Made by a program: the position numbers and the translations under genes
Assembly: GCA_020426575.1 (NCBI GenBank)
Contig: JAGQPT010000011.1
Location: 1-57,804, forward strand
Direction of reading: 5' to 3'
DNA from: Planctomycetales bacterium
GTDB lineage: Bacteria; Planctomycetota; Planctomycetia; Pirellulales; JAEUIK01
Length of the DNA stretch: 57,804 nt
In this document: piece after piece, positions 19,013 to 28,933 of the stretch
Layout of the letters: each line of letters opens with the position of its first letter
Numbering within the stretch: the stretch's first letter is position 1
The notes under the pieces: model-generated
Told to the model about the DNA's origin: nothing
The model's input: only the letters and a program-made list of their open reading frames with translations
Databases searched by the model: none

Positions 19013-20257
19013 TCAGATCAGCCCGAACCGCTCGTCGATCGGGCGCTGGTAGGCGTCGACCGTGCCGTCAAGGACGTCGGCGACCACGACGCGGCAGCCG
19101 GCCCGGGCCGATTCGAGGATGGCAAACGCCGCCGCCAGGTCGCGAAGTCCCTCACGGCCACTGGTTTCGGGCTGCTCGCCGGCGGCCGCCGCTCGCAGCC
19201 AGTCGTACTGGGCCAGGGCGAAGCTGTCCGAGAGCCCCAAGGGAAAGTCATCTCCACGCTGCTGGACCGATGACTCGGCTGCATAGACCTCGGCCAACGA
19301 ACCGCACGTGCCGTCGTCGCGGCTCAGCCGGTCGCCAGTCGTGCGCGACCGCTCACCGTAGAACACCGATCCCTCGCCGAGCACGGTCGCCTCGCCGTGA
19401 CCGGCCCAACTCGCCGAAATCTGCCCGACGGCACCCGCTTCAGTGTCGAACGCGACAAAACAGGTGTCGTCGGCGTCGCAAGCGATCGACTCACCGCTTC
19501 GGCCGGACTGCGAATCGAACCGGCGCCGCGGTTCGACGACGGCGGTTTGCGCCGAGACCGTGTGGATCTCCCCGGCGAGGTGTCGGATCTGATCGAAAAA
19601 ATGCACGCCAAGATCGAGGCTGATGCCGCCTCCCTCCTCGCGGACGTGCCGCCAGGGCGTATGCGCGACGACAAAGTCCGGCGCCCACCAGGCGCCGATG
19701 TATCCGACCAGGAGCATCTGCAGCCGACCGCCGCGCTCGGGCACGAACCACCATTTCAGCCGCCGCGTTTCGGGCATGTACCGAAAGCACTCGAAGACGC
19801 CGAAAGTGAGTCCACGGGCGTCGGCCTCGTCGCACATCTTGCGGGCCGCCCGCACACTCACGGCCAACGGCTTCTGCGACATCAGGTGTTTGCCCGCCGA
19901 AAACGCCGCCGCTGCCACCTGGTGGTGCAGCGCATGAGTCGTCAGATCGTTCACGGCGTCGATCGGCGCCGTCGCCATCATCTCGCGGTAGTCGGTGTAC
20001 ACCGCGACGTCGTCGGTCGCTTGGAAGTCGGAAAGATACTCATCGCCGACCGCCAACGGATCGCCCGCGATGCTGCTACAGGCGTCGCGCTGCGGCGGAC
20101 CTTGCCCGCGCCGGACGTACATCAGGGCGTCGCGCTCGTTGCGGGCACAGAGGGCCGTGATGCGAAAACCGTCGAAGCCCGCTTCGCGCAACAGTCGATA
20201 GCCGCGCAAGTGCGCCGCCAGGATGCGACCACAACCGACAATGCCGATGCGTATCAT
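19013..20257 (-). CDS. Gfo/Idh/MocA family oxidoreductase
   Basis: The N-terminal Rossmann motif MIRIGIVGCGRILAAHL is present, and the 414-aa length and overall pattern are typical of the family. Confidence 0.88.
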   Translation of the reverse strand: MIRIGIVGCGRILAAHLRGYRLLREAGFDGFRITALCARNERDALMYVRRGQGPPQRDACSSIAGDPLAVGDEYLSDFQATDDVAVYTDYREMMATAPIDAVNDLTTHALHHQVAAAAFSAGKHLMSQKPLAVSVRAARKMCDEADARGLTFGVFECFRYMPETRRLKWWFVPERGGRLQMLLVGYIGAWWAPDFVVAHTPWRHVREEGGGISLDLGVHFFDQIRHLAGEIHTVSAQTAVVEPRRRFDSQSGRSGESIACDADDTCFVAFDTEAGAVGQISASWAGHGEATVLGEGSVFYGERSRTTGDRLSRDDGTCGSLAEVYAAESSVQQRGDDFPLGLSDSFALAQYDWLRAAAAGEQPETSGREGLRDLAAAFAILESARAGCRVVVADVLDGTVDAYQRPIDERFGLI

Positions 20258-20273
20258 CTTAAGGTAGCAAATC

Positions 20274-20299
20274 CCTCTCCCCCGTCTTCGGCGGAGAGG
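20274..20299 (-). terminator. possible hairpin downstream of apt
   Basis: CCTCTCC-c-CCG-tctt-CGG-c-GGAGAGG. Only a weak T-run follows on the minus strand. Confidence 0.3.
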
Positions 20300-20320
20300 C
20301 CCGAGGGGGTCTTATTCCAG

Positions 20321-20872
20321 TCAGTCGTCGTACTGGATCAGGCTGAAAGCCTCGTGGGGCGCGATGCGTTTGGCGCCGCCGAGTGCCGTCAGCTCGATCA
20401 AAAACGCGCAGCCCGCCACGCGTGCCCCCGCCTTTTCGACCAGCCGACAACAGGCCTCGATCGTGCCGCCGGTTGCCAGCAGGTCGTCAACGATCAGCAC
20501 GTTCTGGTTAGGTTCAAGACCGTCAGTATGGATTTCCAACGTGTCGGTGCCGTACTCCAACTCGTAGTGGAAGGCGTGCGTGTCAAAAGGCAGCTTGCCC
20601 GGCTTGCGCACCGGCACGAAGCCGACGCCGAGTTCGATCGCCAACGGCGCCGCGAAGATGAAACCCCGCGCCTCGGCGGCAATGATCGTATCGATCGCAC
20701 GCCCGCGAAAGTGATCGGCCATCCGCTTGACGGCCGCGCGAAACACCTCCGGTGCCGCGAGCAATGGCGAGATATCGCGAAACAAAATCCCCGGCTTGGG
20801 AAAGTCGGGGATCGCCCGAATGTGGCTGGCCAGGTCGATCTCGGGAGGCGAGGAAGACGCCGACGTGCTCAT
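20321..20872 (-). CDS. apt: adenine phosphoribosyltransferase
   Basis: [18 protein letters not shown] and the PRPP-binding motif [13 protein letters not shown] are present; 183 aa. Confidence 0.93.
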   Translation of the reverse strand: MSTSASSSPPEIDLASHIRAIPDFPKPGILFRDISPLLAAPEVFRAAVKRMADHFRGRAIDTIIAAEARGFIFAAPLAIELGVGFVPVRKPGKLPFDTHAFHYELEYGTDTLEIHTDGLEPNQNVLIVDDLLATGGTIEACCRLVEKAGARVAGCAFLIELTALGGAKRIAPHEAFSLIQYDD

Positions 20873-21096
20873 GGGACATCCTTTTGGCTAATGCGCAAGA
20901 AGAAGCAGACGGGCCGGTGCTGTCGCGGCCCATCATATCACCCCCCGCCAACGCTGTCAGCGGGAGATTGCCGGCGTGTCAGATTGCCCCACGCGGCCCA
21001 CGCTGTCAGACTGGAATTGGTGAGGTCAATGGCCGTTTTCACCTACCGCTTTGTTCGGCATTCCAATGACACACGCACGTGAGGCGGCAGCAGATT

Positions 21097-21681
21097 ATGT
21101 GGCAGTGTAGCACTACCAAGGTCAATGACGGACATGCGCTGCGGTTCGCGTTGCTATGCGATGGTGCTTCTACGCCTTATTCCGAAGTTCTCGCGCGATG
21201 GCATGACGATGCTTCGTTTCGTTCGTATTTCAACGATCTGCTGGTCGAGTGCCCGTTTCCCTCATTTCGCTGGGAGACTCCGCCCGTAACGTCTTCCACG
21301 CTGAACCGACCATTCGAGTTCGTCGTCGTGCGCAGCGATGGTCTCGCGCGCCCGGTCGAAGAGTCGGCCTTCGCAGCGTTCTTCGACACTGACAAAGACG
21401 TCGTAGCGTTTCCGAACCTCGGCGGCGATGCCGTGTTGGTGGTGCCGTGCCCGCTCACAGACGCCAATATTTATGGACACCTGGGTTCCTTCGTCCGATC
21501 TGCTCCCGAAACACAAATTCAATCATTGTGGCGAACCGTCGCACACGCCATGAACGAACGGGTCTCAGATCGGCCCGTTTGGCTCAGCACCGCGGGTGGT
21601 GGAGTCGCATGGCTGCATGTTCGGCTCGACGATCGTCCGAAATACTACAGCTATACCCGATACAGACAGGGTGTTTTTTGA
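21097..21681 (+). CDS. conserved hypothetical protein
   Basis: The ORF opens with GTG at 21079 and the first ATG is at 21097 (MWQCSTTKVNDGHALRF...). The composition is globular and protein-like. No catalytic motif recognised. Confidence 0.6.
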   Translation: MWQCSTTKVNDGHALRFALLCDGASTPYSEVLARWHDDASFRSYFNDLLVECPFPSFRWETPPVTSSTLNRPFEFVVVRSDGLARPVEESAFAAFFDTDKDVVAFPNLGGDAVLVVPCPLTDANIYGHLGSFVRSAPETQIQSLWRTVAHAMNERVSDRPVWLSTAGGGVAWLHVRLDDRPKYYSYTRYRQGVF

Positions 21682-21881
21682 CTTGGGGCCTCAGAGAGCG
21701 GCGGGTCCTCGTCACCCACGACGGCGATCACCTGCATCACGCGGCCGTCGGCATTGAACGTGCCGGCATCATCTTCTGCCGAAAGGGATTGCGCTCCATC
21801 GGCAAGATTATTGCCTCGCTCAAGCTCATCCACGACGTGCTTGCGGCGGATGAAATGCACCGGCGCGTCGAGTTTATCTGA
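21678..21881 (+). pseudogene. C-terminal remnant of a DUF5615/PIN-like toxin-type gene
   Basis: ...RERRVLVTHDGDHLHHAAVGIERAGIIFCRKGLRSIGKIIASLKLIHDVLAADEMHRRVEFI resembles the C-terminal half of DUF5615-type small proteins (xVLVTxDxDF...GII...). The N-terminal half is missing because the frame runs into the 3' end of the upstream gene. Only a TTG at 21678 is available as a start. Confidence 0.3.
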
Positions 21882-21902
21882 GCGCTAAGAACCGCCCCGA
21901 AT

Positions 21903-22745
21903 TCAACTTCTGCTTTCGCCCAGGCTTTCGGCCAATTTGCCCAGGGCTTCCGTTTCGATCTGTCGCACTCGCTCGCGGGTCAGCCCCAGCGATTCGCCGA
22001 TCTCTTTGAGCGTGCAGGGCTCTGTGTCGTCCAGGCCGAAACGCATCCGCAGCACCGTCGCCTCGCGCGGTTCGAGTTCGTCCAACAGGTGCATCACCTG
22101 GCGGATCGTGTCGACGTCGACCAGTTCGTCCTCGGGCGTCTTGGAATTCTCGTCCATGACCATCTCGCCCAGTGACCAACCCGCCTCGGACTGGTCGGTC
22201 TGCGGCGTGCTGTTGTAGATGCGGATCGCCTTCTTGATGATCGGCAGCTTCTTGCGCGGCAGCCCCAGGACGCGGGCGACTTCTTCGGGCGTGGGCGTGC
22301 GCCCCAGCTCTTCGCTGAGCCGCGCGCTGGCGCGACGCCATTTGCTCAACAGCTCGACCATGTAAGCCGGTATGCGGATCGTCTTGGCCGTGTTGATCAG
22401 GGCACGCTTGATCGACTGTTTGATCCAGTAACTGGCATAGGTACTGAACCGCGTGCCCACCGACGGGTCGAATCCCTCGACCGCCCGCAACAGACCAAGG
22501 TTCCCCTCCTCGATCAGGTCCTGCAGGCTGAGCCCACGACCGGCGTAGCTGCGGGCGATGTTCACCACCAGCCGCAAGTTGGCGCGGACCATGCGATCAC
22601 GGGCGCGCGTGTCGCCGTCGGCGATTGCAGCCGCCAGCTCTCGTTCATCGTCGGCCGAAAGCAGCGCCGTCTCGTTGATCTCGCGCAGGTAGGTCTCCAG
22701 CGGAGTCTGGACAGCTGAGGTTGGTCGCGTCTGGGTCTTGGTCAT
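21903..22745 (-). CDS. RNA polymerase sigma factor, sigma-70 family (RpoD-like regions 1.2-4, no region 1.1)
   Basis: Trimmed to ATG 22745 (MTKTQTRPTS...). Diagnostic motifs are DLIEEGNLGLLRAVEGFD, FSTYASYWIKQSI and TLKEIGESLGLTRERVRQIE. Confidence 0.9.
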   Translation of the reverse strand: MTKTQTRPTSAVQTPLETYLREINETALLSADDERELAAAIADGDTRARDRMVRANLRLVVNIARSYAGRGLSLQDLIEEGNLGLLRAVEGFDPSVGTRFSTYASYWIKQSIKRALINTAKTIRIPAYMVELLSKWRRASARLSEELGRTPTPEEVARVLGLPRKKLPIIKKAIRIYNSTPQTDQSEAGWSLGEMVMDENSKTPEDELVDVDTIRQVMHLLDELEPREATVLRMRFGLDDTEPCTLKEIGESLGLTRERVRQIETEALGKLAESLGESRS

Positions 22746-22894
22746 GGATGCAGCGGGTGTTGTGAGCGGACGGAGGGCGCGAAGCAATCGCCGAATGCTA
22801 AAGCTATCGTCCCCCCGTGCCGCGAATCTGCAACGCGGCGCTGACCCTGCGAGGTGGGGCGGATATGCGCAGCAGACGCAACGTGACGAAAGAA

Positions 22895-22926
22895 ACGGCC
22901 CCACGGGTCGCAACCCGTGGGGCCGT
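22895..22926 (-). terminator. intrinsic-terminator-like hairpin downstream of rpsA
   Basis: A perfect 14-bp stem ACGGCCCCACGGGT / ACCCGTGGGGCCGT with a 4-nt loop. On the minus strand it is followed by TTCTTTCGT. Confidence 0.6.
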
Positions 22927-23137
22927 CTGAAACTCGCGTTGAACCCGTACGCGCGGGCACCGTAAACCGGTCACTCCGACCCAACCCGTGCGGGTCGTGC
23001 CGGCTGTACCGATGACTCCCCGAATGCCAACTTGATCGCTGACACCTGTCGAGTCATCCAACGATGTCCTCAGCACGGTTGTCCCGAGCACCGTTGTCCC
23101 ATGCACCGTAGCCCGCGAACTCGGTCCGCGGACAAAC

Positions 23138-24928
<1,791 letters not shown>

Positions 24929-25170
24929 GAAAGATGTTCTTCGGAGGGCCGTCGCCGCGACCGATGCGCGGCCAACTAGGGGGCGACCTGAACGACGGCG
25001 GATGCTGGCACCCGGGCTGCTGCTATCTGGCAGAGCACGGCACCGACAGCGCGGCCGAGAACAGGCCTGCGACGGAGCACCTCCCCTTGTGAAAAGAGAA
25101 ACCACCAAAAACACGCAGCCGCCGGCCGACCCCCAACAAAGGGGTCGGTCCCACCAGCGACCGATCCGGC

Positions 25171-25199
25171 AATATAGCAAACTCAGCCGATCGCCTCAA
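25171..25199 (-). promoter_or_regulatory. putative rpsA promoter (TTGAGG-N17-TATATT on the minus strand)
   Basis: The plus strand shows AATATA at 25171..25176 and CCTCAA at 25194..25199. This implies a leader of ~240 nt containing the hairpin CCGACCCC-caacaaa-GGGGTCGG (~25128..25150). Confidence 0.4.
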
Positions 25200-25346
25200 T
25201 CGCACCGATTCGCCCCGTCCTAGCCACTCACCCCAGTTCCCGCCGTTCCGCCCGATCAACGAGCGTTCCTGGGGACAATCACCGTCGCTATACGCCGCCT
25301 GGCACGCCGGCCATTGTTGGTGGCCTAGCCCGTGGGCCGCCCGGCG

Positions 25347-25874
25347 TCATTCTGCGTCGCATGGGCCGTTTCGTCGATCGGGCGTCTCGACTGACTCCTT
25401 CGAATGGGCAGTCACTTCAGCGGGGGCACGCTCGGCGGATCCGCCTGCATTTTCGGGCAAAATTCGGGGTTCCGACTCGCTACGGCCGACGAGTATCCAG
25501 GTCCCCTTTCCCTTGCGAACTTCTTGCTCCCGATGGCCGGTGGTGGTGAACGGCAACCTTGCCACGGCGCCGAAGCACCAGACAAAGTATTCGCGCGTCG
25601 TCACCAACTGCAGCATGCCATCGGCGACTGACGTCGATTCCACACGCTCGGCACTCAGCAACAGCGGCGCAATCGGCGTGGCGGTGGGTTTTCCTGCCAA
25701 ACCGCGGTCGTTCAAGTAGGCCTCGACGTCGTCGAGGCCACGCGACTGGGTCGGACCCCAACAGGCGAAATAGACGCCGAGCAACGCCGTGACGAGGAGC
25801 ATCCCTCGCAATGAAAACCGCACGCAGCGGCGCTGCTTACGTTGCGTTGCGGCTTTCATAGATAACCTGCCCAT
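25347..25874 (-). CDS. hypothetical membrane-anchored protein
   Basis: The start is ATG 25874 or 25859. A basic N-terminus precedes a TM segment (FSLRGMLLVTALLGVYFACWG). No domain recognised. Confidence 0.5.
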   Translation of the reverse strand: MGRLSMKAATQRKQRRCVRFSLRGMLLVTALLGVYFACWGPTQSRGLDDVEAYLNDRGLAGKPTATPIAPLLLSAERVESTSVADGMLQLVTTREYFVWCFGAVARLPFTTTGHREQEVRKGKGTWILVGRSESEPRILPENAGGSAERAPAEVTAHSKESVETPDRRNGPCDAE

Positions 25875-26003
25875 GTGTTCGACCAGCCGACGCCAGTGTC
25901 GTTCCCATCGGAAACGCGTCGGACCACGCGGCCATTCTAGCATCCCGGCAATAGGGAAAGCAAAAACACGGCGTCAGCACGGCGGCGCAGACCTGCCCAG
26001 TGG

Positions 26004-26240
26004 CTACTCGGCCGGCAGCGTTTCGAACTGCAGCTTCTTGGCCTCCATCCACTCTTTCATGGAGTTCGGGTCATTCATCAGCTCCTTCATTTCGCGCATC
26101 GCCGCCAGGTGCGCTTCATCACCCTTCGCGAACATCTCCATTCCGTGCTTCTTGCTCAACTCCGCTACCTCTTCAAATGTATTGCCCTGAAACGTCTGGT
26201 CGCACGCGCCGCCAAGCTGTCGGCAGGTCATCGTCTTCAT
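26004..26240 (-). CDS. DUF1059 family small protein
   Basis: MKTMTCRQLGGACDQTFQGNTFEEVAELSKKHGMEMF... fits the DUF1059 pattern (M-K-x-x-x-C-x-x-x-G-x-x-C). ATG 26240 is preceded by AGGAG. Confidence 0.75.
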   Translation of the reverse strand: MKTMTCRQLGGACDQTFQGNTFEEVAELSKKHGMEMFAKGDEAHLAAMREMKELMNDPNSMKEWMEAKKLQFETLPAE

Positions 26241-26495
26241 TGACACACTCCTCTAGAGATTGTTCACATTGCAACAGTCGTTGCGCTTCGCAGGGAGCTC
26301 TGTATATAACGGGCCAGAAATCGCCGAGCAGCTACGTAAACTCGCCACGACCGCCCCCCTACTGACACGAGCGTCATCCCCATCGGGACAATGTCCAATC
26401 AAAAAAACATCAGCGCACGGCCTCGTTCTACTAACGCCGGCAATCGGGAAGCAAAGTCGCGGCGCCGGCGCATTCGGTCAGCCTCGTTGGGCCAC

Positions 26496-26885
26496 TTAAT
26501 CGTCCAGGGGCTCGTGGAAGTAGTAGCAGAGCCCGTCCGGCGCGACGACAAAGAACACCCTCAGCTTCTGCCCGTCCCGCTCATCCACGCGCCAGTTGGA
26601 AATGTTAACGCCGAACGACGCGAGTTCGTCCCTGATGGCCTCGATGTTCGAAACGCGGATGGCCGCCCCGTCCTGCGAGGCGTCGCCGCCGTTGACGGAA
26701 AAACCGATGCGGGTCCCGTCGCGTTCGAGGATCACGGTGGGCACGGGCTCCTGGCGCCGCTCAATTTCGCACATGCCAAAGTGCCGGCCATACCATTCGG
26801 CGGCGCGGTCCAAGTCCTCCACCGGCAACGCCAAGACGTCGTTCTGATAGGGCGAAGCGGACACAAATGCTGGTGCGGTGGTCAT
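26496..26885 (-). CDS. VOC (glyoxalase/bleomycin-resistance/dioxygenase) family protein
   Basis: 129 aa. The beta-alpha-beta-beta-beta pattern is present: LALPVEDLDRAAEWYGRHFG... and VFFVVAPDGLCYYFHE. Confidence 0.8.
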   Translation of the reverse strand: MTTAPAFVSASPYQNDVLALPVEDLDRAAEWYGRHFGMCEIERRQEPVPTVILERDGTRIGFSVNGGDASQDGAAIRVSNIEAIRDELASFGVNISNWRVDERDGQKLRVFFVVAPDGLCYYFHEPLDD

Positions 26886-27183
26886 ATCGGTACACAGTCT
26901 TTGGGGGAAGATTGCGAAGTTTCGTCGCGTGCTGTGGGTGGCCGGCGCCGCGCACCGTGCTGCCCGCCAGCGTCACCCAACGGCCTCAGTCTATCAGCCT
27001 GAGAACGTCCCGGGCAAAGTGCAGGCCGCAGCGTGCCCACCGCAGTGCAAAATGCAATGTGAACGGCAATCCACGAGGACGAGCATCGACGTGTCCGATA
27101 CATCAGTAGTCAGATCAAGCGACACGGCTGCCGCGACACTGGCGGCGCATCGTGGGAACACGCATCGTCGTCGCCCACCGTGT

Positions 27184-28596
27184 TCAGCGGCTCGGCGTTA
27201 CTCTGCGGCGCTGGGCGGGCAGGGCAACGAGTAGCGCCGCGAGCAGCAGGCCGAGCGACGCCGGTTCGGGAACTGCCGTCGCCGCTGCACCAGGCGCCGG
27301 CGCGTTGAAGTTTTGGCTCCAGATGAGATAGTCGAGCCCATTGACGTAGCCGTCGTCGTTCATGTCGCCGTCGCCCCAGGTGGCGTCGCCGTCGAACTGG
27401 TCGAAGCCGCCCGCCCACAACAGGTAGTCCAGCCCGTCGACCACACCGTCGCCGTTCACGTCACCCGCGTCGGGCGTCCCCTGCACAACGTCTAGCGCCG
27501 CCGTGACGTCGAGGATCATCGTGCCGGTGAGATTGTCGGCCTCACGGAAATCGAAGTGCACGTTTTGCAGGTATCCGTCCGGTGCGCCGGGATCGAAAAA
27601 CTTTCCCAGCCAGCCGCTGGTGAGCAGGTCCATGCCCAGCACACCAGCGATGCTCGGATCGATGTCCAGCACGCCGACGTTCATCCCCGACCACTCGAGC
27701 GACACCCCCTCGGTCGTCTGCACGCCGAGCGTGCCGGCCTCGAGGATCGGCATCAACACGTTGCCGCCGATGCCACCGACTTCGAGCTCGTCGACTTTCT
27801 CTTCGTCGAACGAGCCGTTGCCGTCGGCGTCCAGTCCGAGTTCAAACGCCAGCGCCGACGAAATGATCGTGAGCTGTGCGCCGGTGTCGACCACGAACTG
27901 CCCCCCCGCGCGAACGTTGCCAAACTGCATCTCCACCGGCGCAAACGGCAACGGCGCAAACGTCGGCACCGGGTCCTCCGGGTTGATCTGACCACTCGTG
28001 GGAAACTCGACCATCTCCAGCGGCACGTGGTAGTGATGCCCCGTGTCGGGCGGCGGCGCAGCAGTGAAGTTCGTGCCCATGAAGAAGTCGCTGCCGGTCG
28101 ACCACGGCGTGAAATCCATCGTCATCGTGCGGCCCACCATCGCCGGCATCCCCAGAATGCCGAAGAAACCACCGAAGTTCAGGTCCGTGTTCGCCATGAT
28201 CCGCACGTTGTCGATCGTGCGACGCGTGAAGTCGGTCCCCGAAAAGTCGACCTGGTACGGCGCCGACAGGTCCATGGGCGTGAAACCGGCAACACCCTGT
28301 TCGAGGTACGTGGCGACGGTCTCGTAGCCGTTGGACTTCAGCTCGCTGGCCGCACCGCTGACGGCCAACACGCCCGTCGCACCGGTGTCCAACAGAAACG
28401 TATTGTAGAACTCGGGGCCCAGCGAGCGCGGCGTTCCGCTGCTGTTGTCGATCACCTCGACGGCCACGCGCGGCTGATCGAGCGCCAGCCCGTCCGAGGG
28501 CCCCAGGTCGATGTACCGCCCGGCCATGGCGGCAACGGGAAGGCCGAGCAACGTGCAAACAGCGAGCAGCAATCGATGGCAAGTCACGGGTGTCAC
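27184..28596 (-). CDS. secreted tandem retropepsin-like aspartic protease domains + dockerin-like repeats + PEP-CTERM anchor
   Basis: Two hydrophobic-DTGA motifs (FLLDTGATGVL, FVVDTGAQLTIIS) are each followed by an ILG-type flap/dimer motif (GILGMPAM, GVLGMDLL). The C-terminus has DVNGDGVVDGLDYLLWAGGF and DMNDDGYVNGLDYLIWSQNF, then VPEP plus a TM segment plus RRR. The start is uncertain: the ORF opens at 28713, and I chose GTG 28596, which immediately precedes the signal peptide. Confidence 0.75.
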   Translation of the reverse strand: MTPVTCHRLLLAVCTLLGLPVAAMAGRYIDLGPSDGLALDQPRVAVEVIDNSSGTPRSLGPEFYNTFLLDTGATGVLAVSGAASELKSNGYETVATYLEQGVAGFTPMDLSAPYQVDFSGTDFTRRTIDNVRIMANTDLNFGGFFGILGMPAMVGRTMTMDFTPWSTGSDFFMGTNFTAAPPPDTGHHYHVPLEMVEFPTSGQINPEDPVPTFAPLPFAPVEMQFGNVRAGGQFVVDTGAQLTIISSALAFELGLDADGNGSFDEEKVDELEVGGIGGNVLMPILEAGTLGVQTTEGVSLEWSGMNVGVLDIDPSIAGVLGMDLLTSGWLGKFFDPGAPDGYLQNVHFDFREADNLTGTMILDVTAALDVVQGTPDAGDVNGDGVVDGLDYLLWAGGFDQFDGDATWGDGDMNDDGYVNGLDYLIWSQNFNAPAPGAAATAVPEPASLGLLLAALLVALPAQRRRVTPSR

Positions 28597-28933
28597 GTCT
28601 CTGATCCGGCGACAATACGCCCCCTCTGTTCTACCCCGACCTCTTTTCACCCCGATCGCGTCGGCTCCGCGCGCATGCCCGCCCCAATCGCGCCTCCCCA
28701 CCAGAACCGCCACTGGCCCGTGGCGTCTCCATCATTTTCATACGAACTTGTCGTGGACGTCAACGATTGCGTTTCGCTACACGTCCGGTGACAACGTCGG
28801 CGACGCACTAAAACCGTAGCTAGCACCCCGGCTTCGCACTTGTGAGCGTGGCGCCGCGCGCCTATGATACTAAACACTTGTCTAGTATCTGGCCGATGAC
28901 CTTGATAGCCACCTGACGGAGGAAACGCGCGCC

